Source of the DNA: Trichodelitschia bisporula
Lineage: Eukaryota
Length of the DNA stretch: 64,000 nucleotides
Reading direction: 5' to 3'
Assembly (NCBI GenBank): GCA_010356995.1
Contig: ML996694.1
Location: 619,224 to 683,223, forward strand
This document shows, piece after piece, positions 50,839 through 64,000 of this stretch. Under the pieces are notes generated by a model that saw only the letters and a list, made by a program, of their open reading frames with translations, was not told the origin of the DNA and did not search any database. Position 1 is the first letter of the stretch. Each line of letters begins with the position of its first letter. A program made the translations under genes and the position numbers.

Positions 50839-51456
50839 TCAGTCCATATCAAGCGCAGTGTAATGGGGTTCAATCGGCGGCAGCCAAGATCCCACCTGCT
50901 GAAGGTCGACAGTGTACTTGTCCATCGGGGTTGAAGCGCCGATCGTCTCCGCTGCTAGGCCACTTCTGAACCAGATCTCAGTACGGCTCGACAACGGGAT
51001 AACAAGAGAGAGGGGTGCTTACTGAGAGTGCAGCTGATGCCCTATGCCATCTTGAGTCGCTTGAGGTGATTCGGCGGCATCGAACCTTTCCGGTTCTCCT
51101 TCCTTGGGAAGTGCGAGCCTACTCCTGTCGACCGCAAGCTTGTCTAGGTCGATGATTTTTCCATCAACTTGTTTACCGAGCTCTGAAAGAGCGGCGACGT
51201 GAATATTCGCAGTGTTTTGGATGTATTGCTGACTGGTGTCTTCGGCACGAGTTTCAGCCTGGCAGGAATGCCTCGCGACGTTAAGGGCCGTCAAGGGCTT
51301 TGGGGGTGTACTAGGCACGGTCAATGGACGTCCATTAAACGAAATGAAGGCGGAAAGTGCATCATGGAGGGCTCTTTACCCATGTTTTTGGCGGTGAGAG
51401 GAATGCCCGTGGCTGATGCCACGCCCCCTCGGCACGGCGCAAGATTGATTCTCCAT
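50839..51456 (-). CDS. Putative 3-exon orphan protein, 163 aa (exons 51456-51380, 51310-51023, 50965-50839)
   Basis: GCCATGG start. Introns GTAAAG..TTGAC..TAG (69 nt) and GTAAGC..CTGAG..CAG (57 nt) each remove an in-frame TAA and give one open 164-codon frame. No recognisable domain. Confidence 0.4.
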
Positions 51457-52352
51457 GGCACTGATAGCTAGGCTCGGGCGAAAGGAAGGAGCTTTCTCTG
51501 TATTTCAAAGACATGTCTCTGTCCAGAGCACCGCTCCCTTTTTGTATTGGGACGAGGCGACAAGTTTACTGTGAACTGGGGATGCGCGAATTCACGTCGC
51601 TTTTCCGAAAGCCTTGCCCACGCAACCTAGTGTGGGACAACGCGACGATCCCCCAGGATCCCGGCGGGACAACGGGGACGATGGCATTGGTGGATTAAGG
51701 TCAACAGCCTCATGGTTTTTGAAGCTTCTCTGAAGATGGAAATTTTGCAAAAGGCCCTCCAACTCCCTTCAACTTCGGCGCTACAGGATGTGCATTCAAC
51801 AAATGCACCTCACAATTGCGCGAATAGCCATCGATGATGCTACTTATCTGCACCGAGGCGCATGAGTGCCTGAGATAACATACTACGTGGACGCATTCCT
51901 ATTGGTATAAAAGACCTGTACGAGTAGCCAAGCTCTCCAAATGCGGAGCGGTGCAGAACCTTCATACAATTCTTGCTGAAGCGAGAGACCATGCCGCTCC
52001 CGTCTCGCGGCACCCTGGGCGGGAGTTCAGGCAGGCAGTATTGTAGTATGCGTTCCGTGAGGAGGCTTGCGGATACCGGGTAAGATACTGCTGCTATACC
52101 TGTCTATGGATTACTCCATTCCAGTTACAGGTTAAACCAGATCAGATAGAAAGCTCTAATGGGCTGCACTGCTTTTAGTACGAGAAACTTTGCCGCAACG
52201 TCAACTCGGCGCACGACCCATGTAGGCTAAAATTCTAGCCGGAGAGGCCGCTGACTTACAGGCCGTATGCTGAATTGATGAGAGTATGCACAAGTGAGAG
52301 GAACTCAAAAGTAGCTAGCGTATGGTATTTGGGGAGAGATGTGGCTTCTCGC

Positions 52353-54526
52353 CTAAGATCCGAGATACTCCTCTACCCGGCTGGCCAGGCTCGCCTTCGT
52401 CCCGGCAGTCGAAAGGCCCTTAGACCGCAGCCACTCCTTGAGCTGCACGACAGTGTACTGGACGATGTCAGTTTTTCCGAGGACACACTTGACTGTAACT
52501 GACTGATACGTACGGCCTTGAGCCCTCCATTCTTAGTAGCCGCCCTAATTTCAGCGTCTCCATCGCCACTCGAACTCGTTGCTTCTGTTTTCACTCGCTT
52601 CGGAAGTGACGTTTGAGGCTCCGGTGACCGCTTTACGCCTCTCGGGGCCGTATCTGCTAGTTCTAGTGAGATATTCTTGAACTCGCGTTCAAGTTCATCG
52701 CCCCAGGTTTGGACATCGTGCCCAGCGCGCTTCCGCCCGGTTAGCGATATTCAGTGCGAAGCTTAGGGCCGCGTACCTTGTGAATCTGCTTGTGGCGCGG
52801 GATGGTCTTGTCATCTGGCGCTTCCGGAAGATCCTCCTCCAGCGCAATGGCTTGGATCACGCGATAAAACCATTGCAGAGCTGAGAGTGTAAGCACGAGG
52901 AACAAGCGGCCACGATGCACGTACCTGGATTCGGGTAGCGCCTGGGGTCGTATGCACCACCCGGGAGCTGAAGCATGGAGAGCGGAACCTTCATTGCGTC
53001 TACCAAAGACAGTGGGGCGTGGACGCTGGGCTCGTCGGGAAGCCGCTTTATATCGTCCACAGCCGGAAGCTGGATCACCCAGAGGCCGGCTGGAACCTTT
53101 TGGTGGCCAGTTTCGTCAAGAACCTCGGCGCCTGGAATGACTGCTGCGAGGACAGGAGCCGCATTACGCCGGGGAATAAACCAGGCAAGTGCAAACTTCT
53201 CCGCCTTCAGGAGGTTCTGCTGCAAGGCGGAGAAGACGCGTGTTGAACCAACGTAGTCGGTCTCGTTTGGGTAGAGGAAGTAGGGTGCCCGCATTGTCGC
53301 CCAGACTGGAAGCATCTTGAGCGGCTTGAAGCCGATGATGCGAATGACCGGGTCGCCGTAGTTTTTGAGGGCCTTCATCTCATCTTCGGTAAATGTGACG
53401 TGCTCTCCACCAAATTTGTAGGCCTTCCGAATCTCCTCCTTTCCTACATCACGTGCTGTGTCTTCCGCCATCTGTGTGGTCGTACCGACAGCGATCTGAA
53501 CCTTCTCTCCGCCCACCCATATGTAGCAGCTCTTTCCATGCTCTTGCCGCTTGACCATCACATAGCCCTTAACGCCGATGACAAGACCAGGACCAACCTC
53601 CATCGGAATTGAGAATGCTGCCCGACGAGGACTTGATTTGGAATTGATGGCCGATAACAAGGATTGGAGCAACGAGATTCCATCACCGCTACCAACGGAT
53701 TCCACTGTGGGCATGAGGGCAGCAGGGGCGTCCAGATCTCCAGAGGCTGGACGGTATACCACATCCTACATCATGAGAGGCGGCTAGCAAATAAGCCGAG
53801 TACTTACATCGTAGAATGCTGTTCGATCAAATACATGATCCAGAGGAGTGATAGGGAAGAGTTCAATGATGACACCTAGATCGTAAAGATCCTTGGCTCG
53901 AACTGCAGCAGCGGACCGCTGGGTAGAGTCATTGACATGTGGGCGGTCGTTATCAGTGATCAAGAATAACCGCCGGGAGGAAAGATTAGGAGAGCGCTGG
54001 GTGAAGATCTGGTTGGCGCAGAAAAGCACGCTGGACATGGCAACAGGCTCAGGGGACGGAACCATGAGCTCCTGAAACTCCTCCTCGTCTTCGAGCAGGG
54101 ACTTCAGTCGCTTGACATCCGCAGCGTCAGGAACGTCAAGGCTCGTCAAGACATAGCAGTGTGGGTATGCCATTGCGCTCTGGTCGTCCTCCTCCCCGTT
54201 GCCGACGTGCGACTTTGCAGTACCAAACAGGAGTACTCCCATCATATCCGTAGGGCTGGCTATAATGCGCTGCTGCATAAGTTCATACGCGACCTTAAGG
54301 GCGGCTGATGCTGGTGCTTCAGGCTCGTGTTTCGCGCTGGCCGCAGGCCGGGGTTCGAGCATCGACGAGCTGACATCGATGGCAAACAGGACGGCATCTT
54401 TAGCTTGGACGTAACCCTAAAAGATTAGGCCATGAACGCGTCTGGATGGGTATTTCGCACCGCGTCTTCGACTTCATCATCCTCCTCGTCCCCACGGCCG
54501 AAATCACGGGCCCCGGCATCCGCCAT
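52353..54526 (-). CDS. KU70: Ku70 DNA end-binding NHEJ protein (6 exons)
   Basis: [15 protein letters not shown] (vWA), [72 protein letters not shown], and a C-terminal SAP domain ([14 protein letters not shown]). Confidence 0.96.
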
Positions 54527-54972
54527 GGTGGTTGTGAATGCGCAAAATTTATTGTAAGCTGGAGGGAGATAAGCTTAGCAGAGTAAGGACAAAGTGGGAC
54601 CGAGAGAAGGGTGATTGAGAAGCAGGCGGGGAGTGAAAGATGCGGTTGACGTTTCGATGAAGGTGCCCGCGTCGTCTCCTTCCGCCAGGCAGACGCGCTA
54701 TCACGTGTATATTTCCTGTTCCTGACATTCACGGAGGCGCCTAATCTTGGCGTGCTTGATCGAAGTTTTTGTGGGGGAGCACGGGGAGGAATGGGGATCG
54801 GGACACCCCTGTCGCTGACGAACTGCGGCTGAGTCTGGCCTTGGTTGGAGCGAGCCAGAGCTCAAGATTTCTCACCACCATACACCCCGCCTTACCCCAC
54901 TGCATACAGACAGAAAAGCGCGGCAAAGTCACCTCTTATCTGCTCATTCAATTCCGCCTCTCCTGTCTTCTC

Positions 54973-56259
<1,287 letters not shown>

Positions 56260-56609
56260 ATTTTGCTCATAGATGTGTTGCACTGGGCAGGCCAGGCGTG
56301 TTTAGAAGTGGGCCGTATATAGCGGCATGTATAATGGGCGAAAAAGTTCTGTTTCATCATTGTCGCGAATCCGCACCAAATATGCAACCGAAAGGCTGAT
56401 AATTAATGTGTGTCTGTTCATTGGCGCACCACTCTCGGCCTTGTCGGCTCGGAAAAACCTAAGGTCAGCTTTATGACTGCGTGGGGTTTCTGTGGAGAAA
56501 ACTCCACGAGCTGCGGCATCGCTCAATGTTGTGACAATTGCTTCGATCTGCCCAACTATCTCATCCCCGACCGGCCAATTCTCCCTTGCATGGTTCTTGA
56601 CCTGCAACA

Positions 56610-58504
56610 ATGCTGATTTCACGCCTCCGCCCCGCACGGGGCCTGCGCCTGCCCCGCACAAATGCCTACACTCTGAGGTAAGTGCAATGCGCTGCTCTCA
56701 GATCACAGCTAACCAGCGCAGCAAGGCGCTCAGCACTTCGGCGGCGCGCCGCGCAGACGAACCCGTCCTCAACAAGGTCAGCCGCGAAGTGACGCAGCCT
56801 AAGTCGCAGGGCGCGTCGCAGGCCATGCTTTACGCCACGGGCATGACGGAGACGGACATGAACAAGGCCCAGATCGGCATCTCGAGCGTGTGGTTTTCCG
56901 GCAACCCGTGCAACATGCACTTGCTGGGACTGAGCAATATCGTCAAGAAGGGCGTGGAGCAAGCAGGTTTGCCGAAGCTGTGGCATGGGCGTGATGGGCG
57001 CTGATTATGGGCAGGGCTTGTGCCGATGCAGTTTAATACGATCGGCGTTAGTGATGCGATTTCCATGGGGACTAAGGGCATGCGGTACTCCCTACAGTCG
57101 CGCGACCTCATCGCCGACTCCATTGAGACTATGATGAGCGGGCAGTGGTACGACGCGAACATCTCGCTCCCCGGCTGCGACAAGAACATGCCCGGCGTAG
57201 TCATGGCCATGGGGCGCGTGAACCGGCCATCCCTCATGGTGTATGGCGGCACCATCCAGCCCGGCTGCGCGAAGACAATGAACAACGAGCACATCGACAT
57301 CGTGTCCGCCTTCCAGGCCTACGGCCAATTCATCAGCGGCGAAATCACCGAGGAAACCCGCTTCGACATCATCCGCCACGCGTGCCCCGGCGGCGGCGCC
57401 TGCGGCGGCATGTACACGGCCAACACCATGGCGACGGCAATTGAGACCCTCGGACTCACCCTGCCGGGCTCGTCGTCTAACCCCGCTGAGTCTAAGGCGA
57501 AGCAGTTGGAGTGCCTGGCTGCGGGCGGCGCGATCAGGAATCTGCTTAAGGAGGATATTCGCCCTAGCGATATTATCACGCGCCAGGCGCTGGAGAATGC
57601 AATGATCGTTACTATGATCTTAGGCGGCTCGACTAACGCCGTGCTGCACCTGATCGCTATCGCCGACTCCGTCGGCCTTAAGCTCACGATCGATGACTTC
57701 CAGTCCGTGTCTGACCGCACGCCTTTCCTCGCCGATCTCAAGCCCAGCGGGAAGTACGTCATGGCGGATCTATACGACATGGGGGGCACGCCCGCGCTGC
57801 TCAAGTACCTAGTGGGCGAGGGCCTGGTCGACGGCAGCGGAATGACAGTGACGGGCAAGACGCTGAAGCAGAACGTAGAACACGCGGCCTCCTTCCCAGC
57901 GGACCAGAAAATCATCCGCCCGCTCAGCAACCCTATCAAAGCTACGGGCCACATCCAGATTCTGCGCGGTTCGCTCGCGCCCGGTGGCAGCGTCGGCAAG
58001 ATCACAGGGAAGGAAGGCCTACGCTTCGTTGGCAAGGCGAAGGTGTACGACTCTGAGGATGATTTCATCCACGCGCTGGAGCAGGGCGAGATCAAGAAGG
58101 GCGAGAAGACGGTCGTGATTATCCGGTACGAGGGTCCGCGCGGCGGGCCCGGTATGCCCGAGATGCTGAAGCCCAGCTCCGCGATCATGGGCGCGGGCCT
58201 CGGGAATGATGTCGCGCTCATTACCGATGGGCGGTTCAGCGGCGGGAGTCACGGGTTCTTGATTGGGCATGTTGTGCCGGAGGCGCAGGAGGGAGGGCCG
58301 ATTGCGCTTGTGAAAAATGGGGATGAGATTGTTATTGATGCTGATACGCGCGAGCTTACGCTTAATGTCCCAGAGGCTGAGGTAGAGGAGCGGAAGAAGG
58401 GCTGGTCGGCGCCGCCGCTGAAGTACACTAAGGGCACGCTGTTTAAGTATGCGCGCAATGTGGTGGATGCTAGTCGGGGATGCATTACGGATGCGAGCGA
58501 GTAG
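56610..58504 (+). CDS. ILV3: Mitochondrial dihydroxy-acid dehydratase; introns ~56678-56721 and 56967-57014
   Basis: [94 protein letters not shown]. Confidence 0.97.
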
Positions 58505-58876
58505 GGTGAACTGGGATGGAGTTCGAGGCAAATGGGATGTATCTAGTGGACAAAAATGTATCGAGTCACGGCTGTTACTTGTATGAGTTATGAGTGGATT
58601 GAGCCTGTAGTCTTCGCGGACATTCCGTTCCGTGATGGAAATTCGACGGTTGTATGTAGGTATCCATTCGTCGTGATATGTGGCGAGTTCATGAGACACC
58701 TGCCATGAGCCATCCATTCTAGATAGCCAGGACACCTGATTCAGTATCCCACTGGCCTCACATGTAGTACTCCGCTCCCGTCGACAGACCGCCTCATGAC
58801 GCCGCTGTAGTAGACAGCTGGTACAATTTCATTTTAGGCTTATATTAGCAGAAGCTAAAAGTAGTTTCATCAACCA

Positions 58877-58967
58877 GGCAGTGTGCCAGAGTGGTTAATG
58901 GGTATGACTCGAATTTATTCGCAATCATATGGCTTCGGCCGCACAGGTTCGAGTCCTGTCACTGTCG
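58877..58967 (+). tRNA. tRNA-Ser(CGA) with a 10-nt intron (58914-58923) and long variable arm
   Basis: Acceptor stem GGCAGTG/CACTGTC, D-loop AGTGGTTAA, anticodon stem TATGA/TCATA with loop CT-CGA-A, variable arm GGC-TTCG-GCC, T-arm ACAGG-TTCGAGT-CCTGT, discriminator G. Confidence 0.93.
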
Positions 58968-58975
58968 CTCAAAGC

Positions 58976-58995
58976 TTTCTTTTTTTTCTTTTTTG
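58976..58995 (+). terminator. Pol III oligo-T terminator
   Basis: T-runs (tttctttttttttctttttt-like) begin about 10 nt after the tRNA 3' end. Confidence 0.75.
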
Positions 58996-59477
58996 CTCCC
59001 TCTTTGGATGCAACGATCACATTTTGCTCGGCCGGCCTTGAAGAAGACCCTTGTGTCCGAAACGGGCTACGTTGCACAGGATCCCGTGGGGTGATGTTAG
59101 CGCTGACACTTCCCTCAGCCGAGCCGCTACGCAGCTGGATATCCGAACGACATCGGCAAGCCGAGAAAGAAGCACATATCGGCATCACAGGCTTCCCACC
59201 GTAATAACACCATGGCGAGTCGCACTATCATTCGCTTAGGAGCAGTCACGTCACAAAGCACCCATAAAGCCTCAAGTCATCAAAGACCGGCGGACTCGCG
59301 CATGACGTTAACCCACGTACCCGACCGAAAAGAGACCCGGCGTACATCCGACCCTACATCTACCATAGACCGAGCGCCAAGGCAAGGCACATAAACATCA
59401 TACACGAACAGAAAACGCCCATATCCTCGTGACAAGCCCGGCATCAAAACCCCAAACACATCCCAAGATTGAACAAC

Positions 59478-62400
59478 TCAACCCCCCGTGGCCCTCGAAG
59501 TGGCCATCTCTCCGTACCGCCCACGCTGCCGCGTCGTATCGTACGCCTGCAGCACGCGGGCCTGGCTCTCGTCCGTCTGGGAGAAGGCGTAGCCGCGCTG
59601 CTTGCGCATGCGCTGTACTTGGCGTACCTTGCGGATGGCTTTTTGAAACTGTTCCATACTGGGGGAGGTTAGTTTTGCCTTTAACGGGGAGGGGGAGAGG
59701 GGACGTACCGTGGACGGTAGTCCTGGATGTTGTATTTTTGGATCTCTTGTACATGGTGGTAGGCTTGCGGGTAGTACATGCGTTTGGCGCTGCGGTGGTT
59801 AGCAGAGGTTGGATGGTGGTGGGGGAGGGCGCTTACTATTTCCATGCAATGTCACGGATGAGGCAGATGGGCGGGAGGATGAGTGCCATGCCCCAGAAGA
59901 CGGGACTGGTCCAGAGGCGCTGGTTGACGCCCTGGAATTCGGTCGAGAAATTGAGCATAGGCGCGATCCACGCATACAGCGGCAAGAAGATCATCCAGAT
60001 GACAAAGCTCCCAGGAATCGCAAGCACTGTGTACTTGGTCCAGATGTTGACCACGAGCGCGGCTTTGCCGAGCACCGTCAGCAGCGCGGCGGTGTAGAGT
60101 GCCGGGCCCCACACCCAGTGGCCGGCGACCTTGCCGTCGCTCTGAGGCAGATCCCAGGCGAAGATGAACTGCGATACGACGTACAACAGTAGCGAGTGGT
60201 AGAAGCCGTTGGTCACCCAGGAGAAGAACGAGTGCATGCGAAAGAACACACCCTTCTGGCTTAGCTGGTACAGTTGCGGGTAGCGATCCAACAGGCGTGC
60301 GGAGATGAACTGGTCGAAGATACCGAGGACAAACGGAGGAAGGACGGTGAAGAGCACGTTGTAACCCGACAGTGTCCAACTTTCGTAGATGACCTGCCCA
60401 GAGAAGGCATTTTGGAACGAGTACCAAAACTGCGTCATGAAGAGCGTCACGTTTTTGTAGAAGGAATAAAGTATGACCTTGGACACGCGCTGGTAACTCC
60501 AAGCGCCATGAACCAAGAGCAGTTTCCGGAGGTAGCGGAACTGCCCAATGGACACGTCGGCGCTCCGAGCTGCTTGTAGACCTTCCATACCGCTGATGCC
60601 AACACCAACGTGAGCGGCCTGGATCATGGACACGTCGTTGGCACCATCGCCGATGGCGAGGAGAATTGCTTTCAAGTGTCTCTTGACAAGCTTCACGACA
60701 AGCGCTTTCTGAAGGGGCGAGACACGACTGAGGGAGTTAGCGGAGCGAGGAAGAAGGTCAAAAAACTTACCAGCAGATCACAGCCTTGCACCGGACGGCC
60801 AAGTCCAAAAACAGCCTCTCCAGATCCTTTTCCAAAGCGTAGGTCAAAGACTTGCCATCGATCACTAGAGCCAAGGTGTCCCACTCGACACGATCGGCCG
60901 ACTGGCCCTCGATAGCCTGAATCTTCTTTTCCAAGTTGTCGCGCGTGCCCTGCTTCGACTCTTCATTGACAATAAGCAGTGTCATGTCTTCGCTGACCAG
61001 CTTGCAGCTCATGCCAATGTTGATGGCTGTTTCTTGCCGATCGCCTGTCAGAACCCAGATCTTGATACCAGCGGTTTGGAGCGTGTGGATAGTATCCGGT
61101 ACACCGTCCTGGAGCTTATCCTCAATGGCCGTAGCGCCGAGAAAGACCAGGTCGCGTTCAATGATCTCAGCAGCTTTGTCGAGCTCGTCGGCGCGGTTGC
61201 CGCCCACGGTCGTCGAAGCAGTGTTGTAGACTTGCAACCACTCCTGGAACTCCTGGTCGGGCACTTCGCGCATGGCCAAACAGAGCGTGCGCAGCCCGTC
61301 AGCGGCGTACTCTTCGAGGTGACGGAGGGTCAAATCTACAAAGGGGTTATCCTTGTGTAGACGTTCAAGGATGACCGTGTCGGCGCCTTTGCAGTAGATC
61401 CGGATCTTGCCATCCGGACAACGGAAGATAGTGGACATGCGCTTGCGGGTGGAGTTGAACTCGCAGACAGCAAGCAGCTCGTACTCGAGCTCCTTCCCAT
61501 CGACTTCAATGGCTACAGCCCTGGGCTTGCGTGCTACGAATTTGTATCCGAGCGAAACAGCACCCTCGACCAGCGCACCCTCATCAGGTGACGCCGCCTG
61601 GTATTTGATTCGGCCTTTCGCGGCCCGTTCCGGGATGACGGTGTGGCAGGTGGACAGGAGCGTCAAGAAATGGTCGATATTGTCCCGCGTTTCGTGCTCT
61701 TTTCGGTTTTTCTCGAGCCGCTTGAAGTCGTGGATCCCGATTTCGACACCGTCCTGCACCGTCGCCCTGCGGTCCTCTGGAATCTCATCTGCGTATTGAA
61801 TACCGCCTATGGAGCACTGCTTGAAGTCCATTTGGTTGCAAGTCAACGTACCCGTCTTATCCGAGAAGATGTACTCAACCTGACCCAGTTCTTCAACTAG
61901 GGACGACGTGCGACAGTTGGCCGGAGTGTCAGACTTGTCATAGTAGATGTCCAAGTCCGAGTTGATTAAGAAAGCCTGAGCATACTTGACGATTTCGATA
62001 GTGACGAACAGCGAAATGGGGACCAAATTGGAGTACAACACCCAATACGTCAGGATATCGGAGAAGAACTGTTTGGCGCCATTGAAAGCCCCGTATTGCA
62101 GGTACCACATCTTCTTCGCTGTGGTGGACCGCACAATCATATCACCGACGGAACTGATGATACTAAGAGAGATCAAAATTGCACCGAGCATCAGAATCTG
62201 GTTGTTGAGCATGCGCTCGACGGCTGTCTTCTTGATCGGCGTCGCAGTCGCGTTGCGCATCAGCTTCGTTTCGTGGCCGGTGAAGACAACGACTCCATGA
62301 ATCCAGGGAGTATTGCGCAAAGTAGCACCGCGCAGCAGCAGCTGCTCGGGTGACAGCGGGAGCTCCTTTTCACCACCGCCGGCTTGCATGGTAAGAGTGC

Positions 62401-63658
62401 CCTCATAGGTGTAGAGACTGCTATTCGGCTGTTCAGACCGGACTCTACCGCCGAGCCGACTAAGTTCGCTGTGGCTGACAAGATGTGCCGTCTCGGGGAT
62501 CGCTTGCTTGATCTTGAGATTCGTCTCCCCATCCAAGTTGGCGGTCTCGATGTAGCACAGACCTTCGGGCTCTGAGGACGCGAGGAGGATCAAATCCGCA
62601 GGGAACGGCTCTTCTGATTCAACGCGGACGATATCTCCGACGGCAACCTTGATCCAACGGGTGTCCTCAAAGCTCGATCCACGTAAAATGCGGGCCTTAG
62701 AATGGTTCAGCGACTGGTCAGAAGTCTTGCGGCGAAAATCTTCCACGAGTTCCTTGACGGCGGAGACAACCAACACGATGAAGAGAGGAACGATGGTGGT
62801 ATATCGGTTGGTGGGTGAGATGTTGGGGATCTGTTGAAGGATGGCGGTGAAGAGGAAGAAGATGTTGGCGTACTTGGAGAACTGTTCGTAGAGAAATTTC
62901 GGGAGGAAGGTAGCGATGTTGTATTTGGCGGTGGAAACGTGGTTATCGACGTATTTGTTCGCCGCATTGGCGGGTGGATTGTTGAGATGTATGAGGCGCG
63001 GACCCAAGGTCGACGGATCTGGTGCAGCTCGGCCGAAACCAAACTTGAATTTGCCTTTGGCCTTATGATCTGGCGGTTTTGGCTCCTCTGGACGCGCTCT
63101 CGACCCGGCCGCACCGGTCTCCGTCAGCGGCAGATCCATCTCCGATTCCGCATACTTCGGCTCCATGCCCAGCATGTGCTTTGCTCGTCCCACCAGCCCG
63201 CCACCCAAGCTCAGGATGCTGTTGCGACTTTGGGCATTCCGCACGGCAGAGTTTGAGTGGATGGGGGGATCATCGATGCCCCCCGTGGCGTAGTAGTTTG
63301 TTGTGGGGCGGTCATCGTGAAACTCGTCCATATCGGCATACCGGTCGTAGTTTCCTAGTACAGACGTCTGGGAGTATGTATGTTGCACCGGAGGCATGCT
63401 TAGATGGTCGTCAAAAGAGCCTGGTCTACCGGGGCCGTGAGCAGGCGTGGAGCGGTCGCGCTGGCTACCAATGAACTCGTCATAGGTGACGCTCGGGCGT
63501 GACGGGGTCTCGGTGTCGTCGATATTATATCGGCGTAAAAGCTCGTCATCAGGTGCAGGTGGACGAGATCCAGAGTTGTAGATTGGCTGGGAATCGTCGA
63601 GATCGAGAAGGAGGTCGTCGCGGGCAGGGGCTGGGCCTCCGGGGGGCCGTCCCGCCAT
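59478..63658 (-). CDS. DRS2: P4-ATPase phospholipid flippase Drs2; introns ~60770-60728, 59835-59789, 59707-59659
   Basis: NHVSTAKYN, QQ motif (ILQQIP), DGETNLK, PISL, DKTGTLT, TGDRQET, IGDGANDVSMI, and the C-terminal autoinhibitory RGYAFSQ. Confidence 0.96.
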
Positions 63659-64000
63659 CTTTTCGGCGCGCTGAAGTTGCTCAAAAGGGTATTTGTATGT
63701 CTGTCGTCCTCAAGGTCATGGTGCAGCGGTACAGCTGCTGGGATGGAGCTGTCGTTGCCGCAGCGCTTGGTTGCTGGTTTGAAGCGCTGGCGTCACAGGG
63801 CTGGGGACGATGGAGCGATTGGCGCGGTGGTGGAGGGCGCAGCTGAAAACTAGCGGCAGCGCGGAAGGAGACTAGTGACTGGACCGGCGGGGTACCACGG
63901 GAGAGCGAGATTGCCGTGGTATGATTGAAGGTATTGAACCGTCGTCGAAGTGGTGATGTTCGTATGAATGTATTGTGGAGTTGGTTGCTCAGCTAGGATA

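Noticed and set aside
51860..51900. GTGCCTGAGATAACATAC, resembling the 5' half of a TPP riboswitch
   Set aside because: Lacks the downstream UGAUC..UAAU..CCAGCG half and lies on the opposite strand to the transporter.

Overview
Gene-dense, intron-containing DNA from a filamentous ascomycete (Pezizomycotina, possibly a Dothideomycete), with short GT..CTRAC..YAG introns. Most of it is housekeeping: PEX26 (5' truncated), nuclear ATP9, a DUF4336 protein, an FHIP/RAI16-like protein, a small hydrophilin-like protein, CWC15, RRP45, an unidentified 573-aa protein, CTK3, mitochondrial bL12, midasin (MDN1, ~4,880 aa), a SYT1-like Sec7-PH GEF, ECM14, SET9, an SLC35F transporter, KU70, HEM15, ILV3, an intron-containing tRNA-Ser(CGA) and DRS2. 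No transposon, CRISPR array or biosynthetic cluster is visible. The most unusual observations are: (1) an unannotated 51-codon Cys-rich ORF with defensin-like spacing between PEX26 and ATP9; (2) a chain of stop/start-overlapping uORFs (TAATG, ATGA, ATGA) leading into the SYT1-like gene; (3) a head-to-head pair of diverged F-box-like paralogs, one with a broken 5' end and a minisatellite-made C-terminus; (4) a DUF4246 pseudogene with RIP-compatible stops; (5) a 3-exon orphan gene in the SLC35F-KU70 gap; (6) a recurrent C-rich to G-rich switch near gene 3' ends. All calls were made by eye and no database searches were run.
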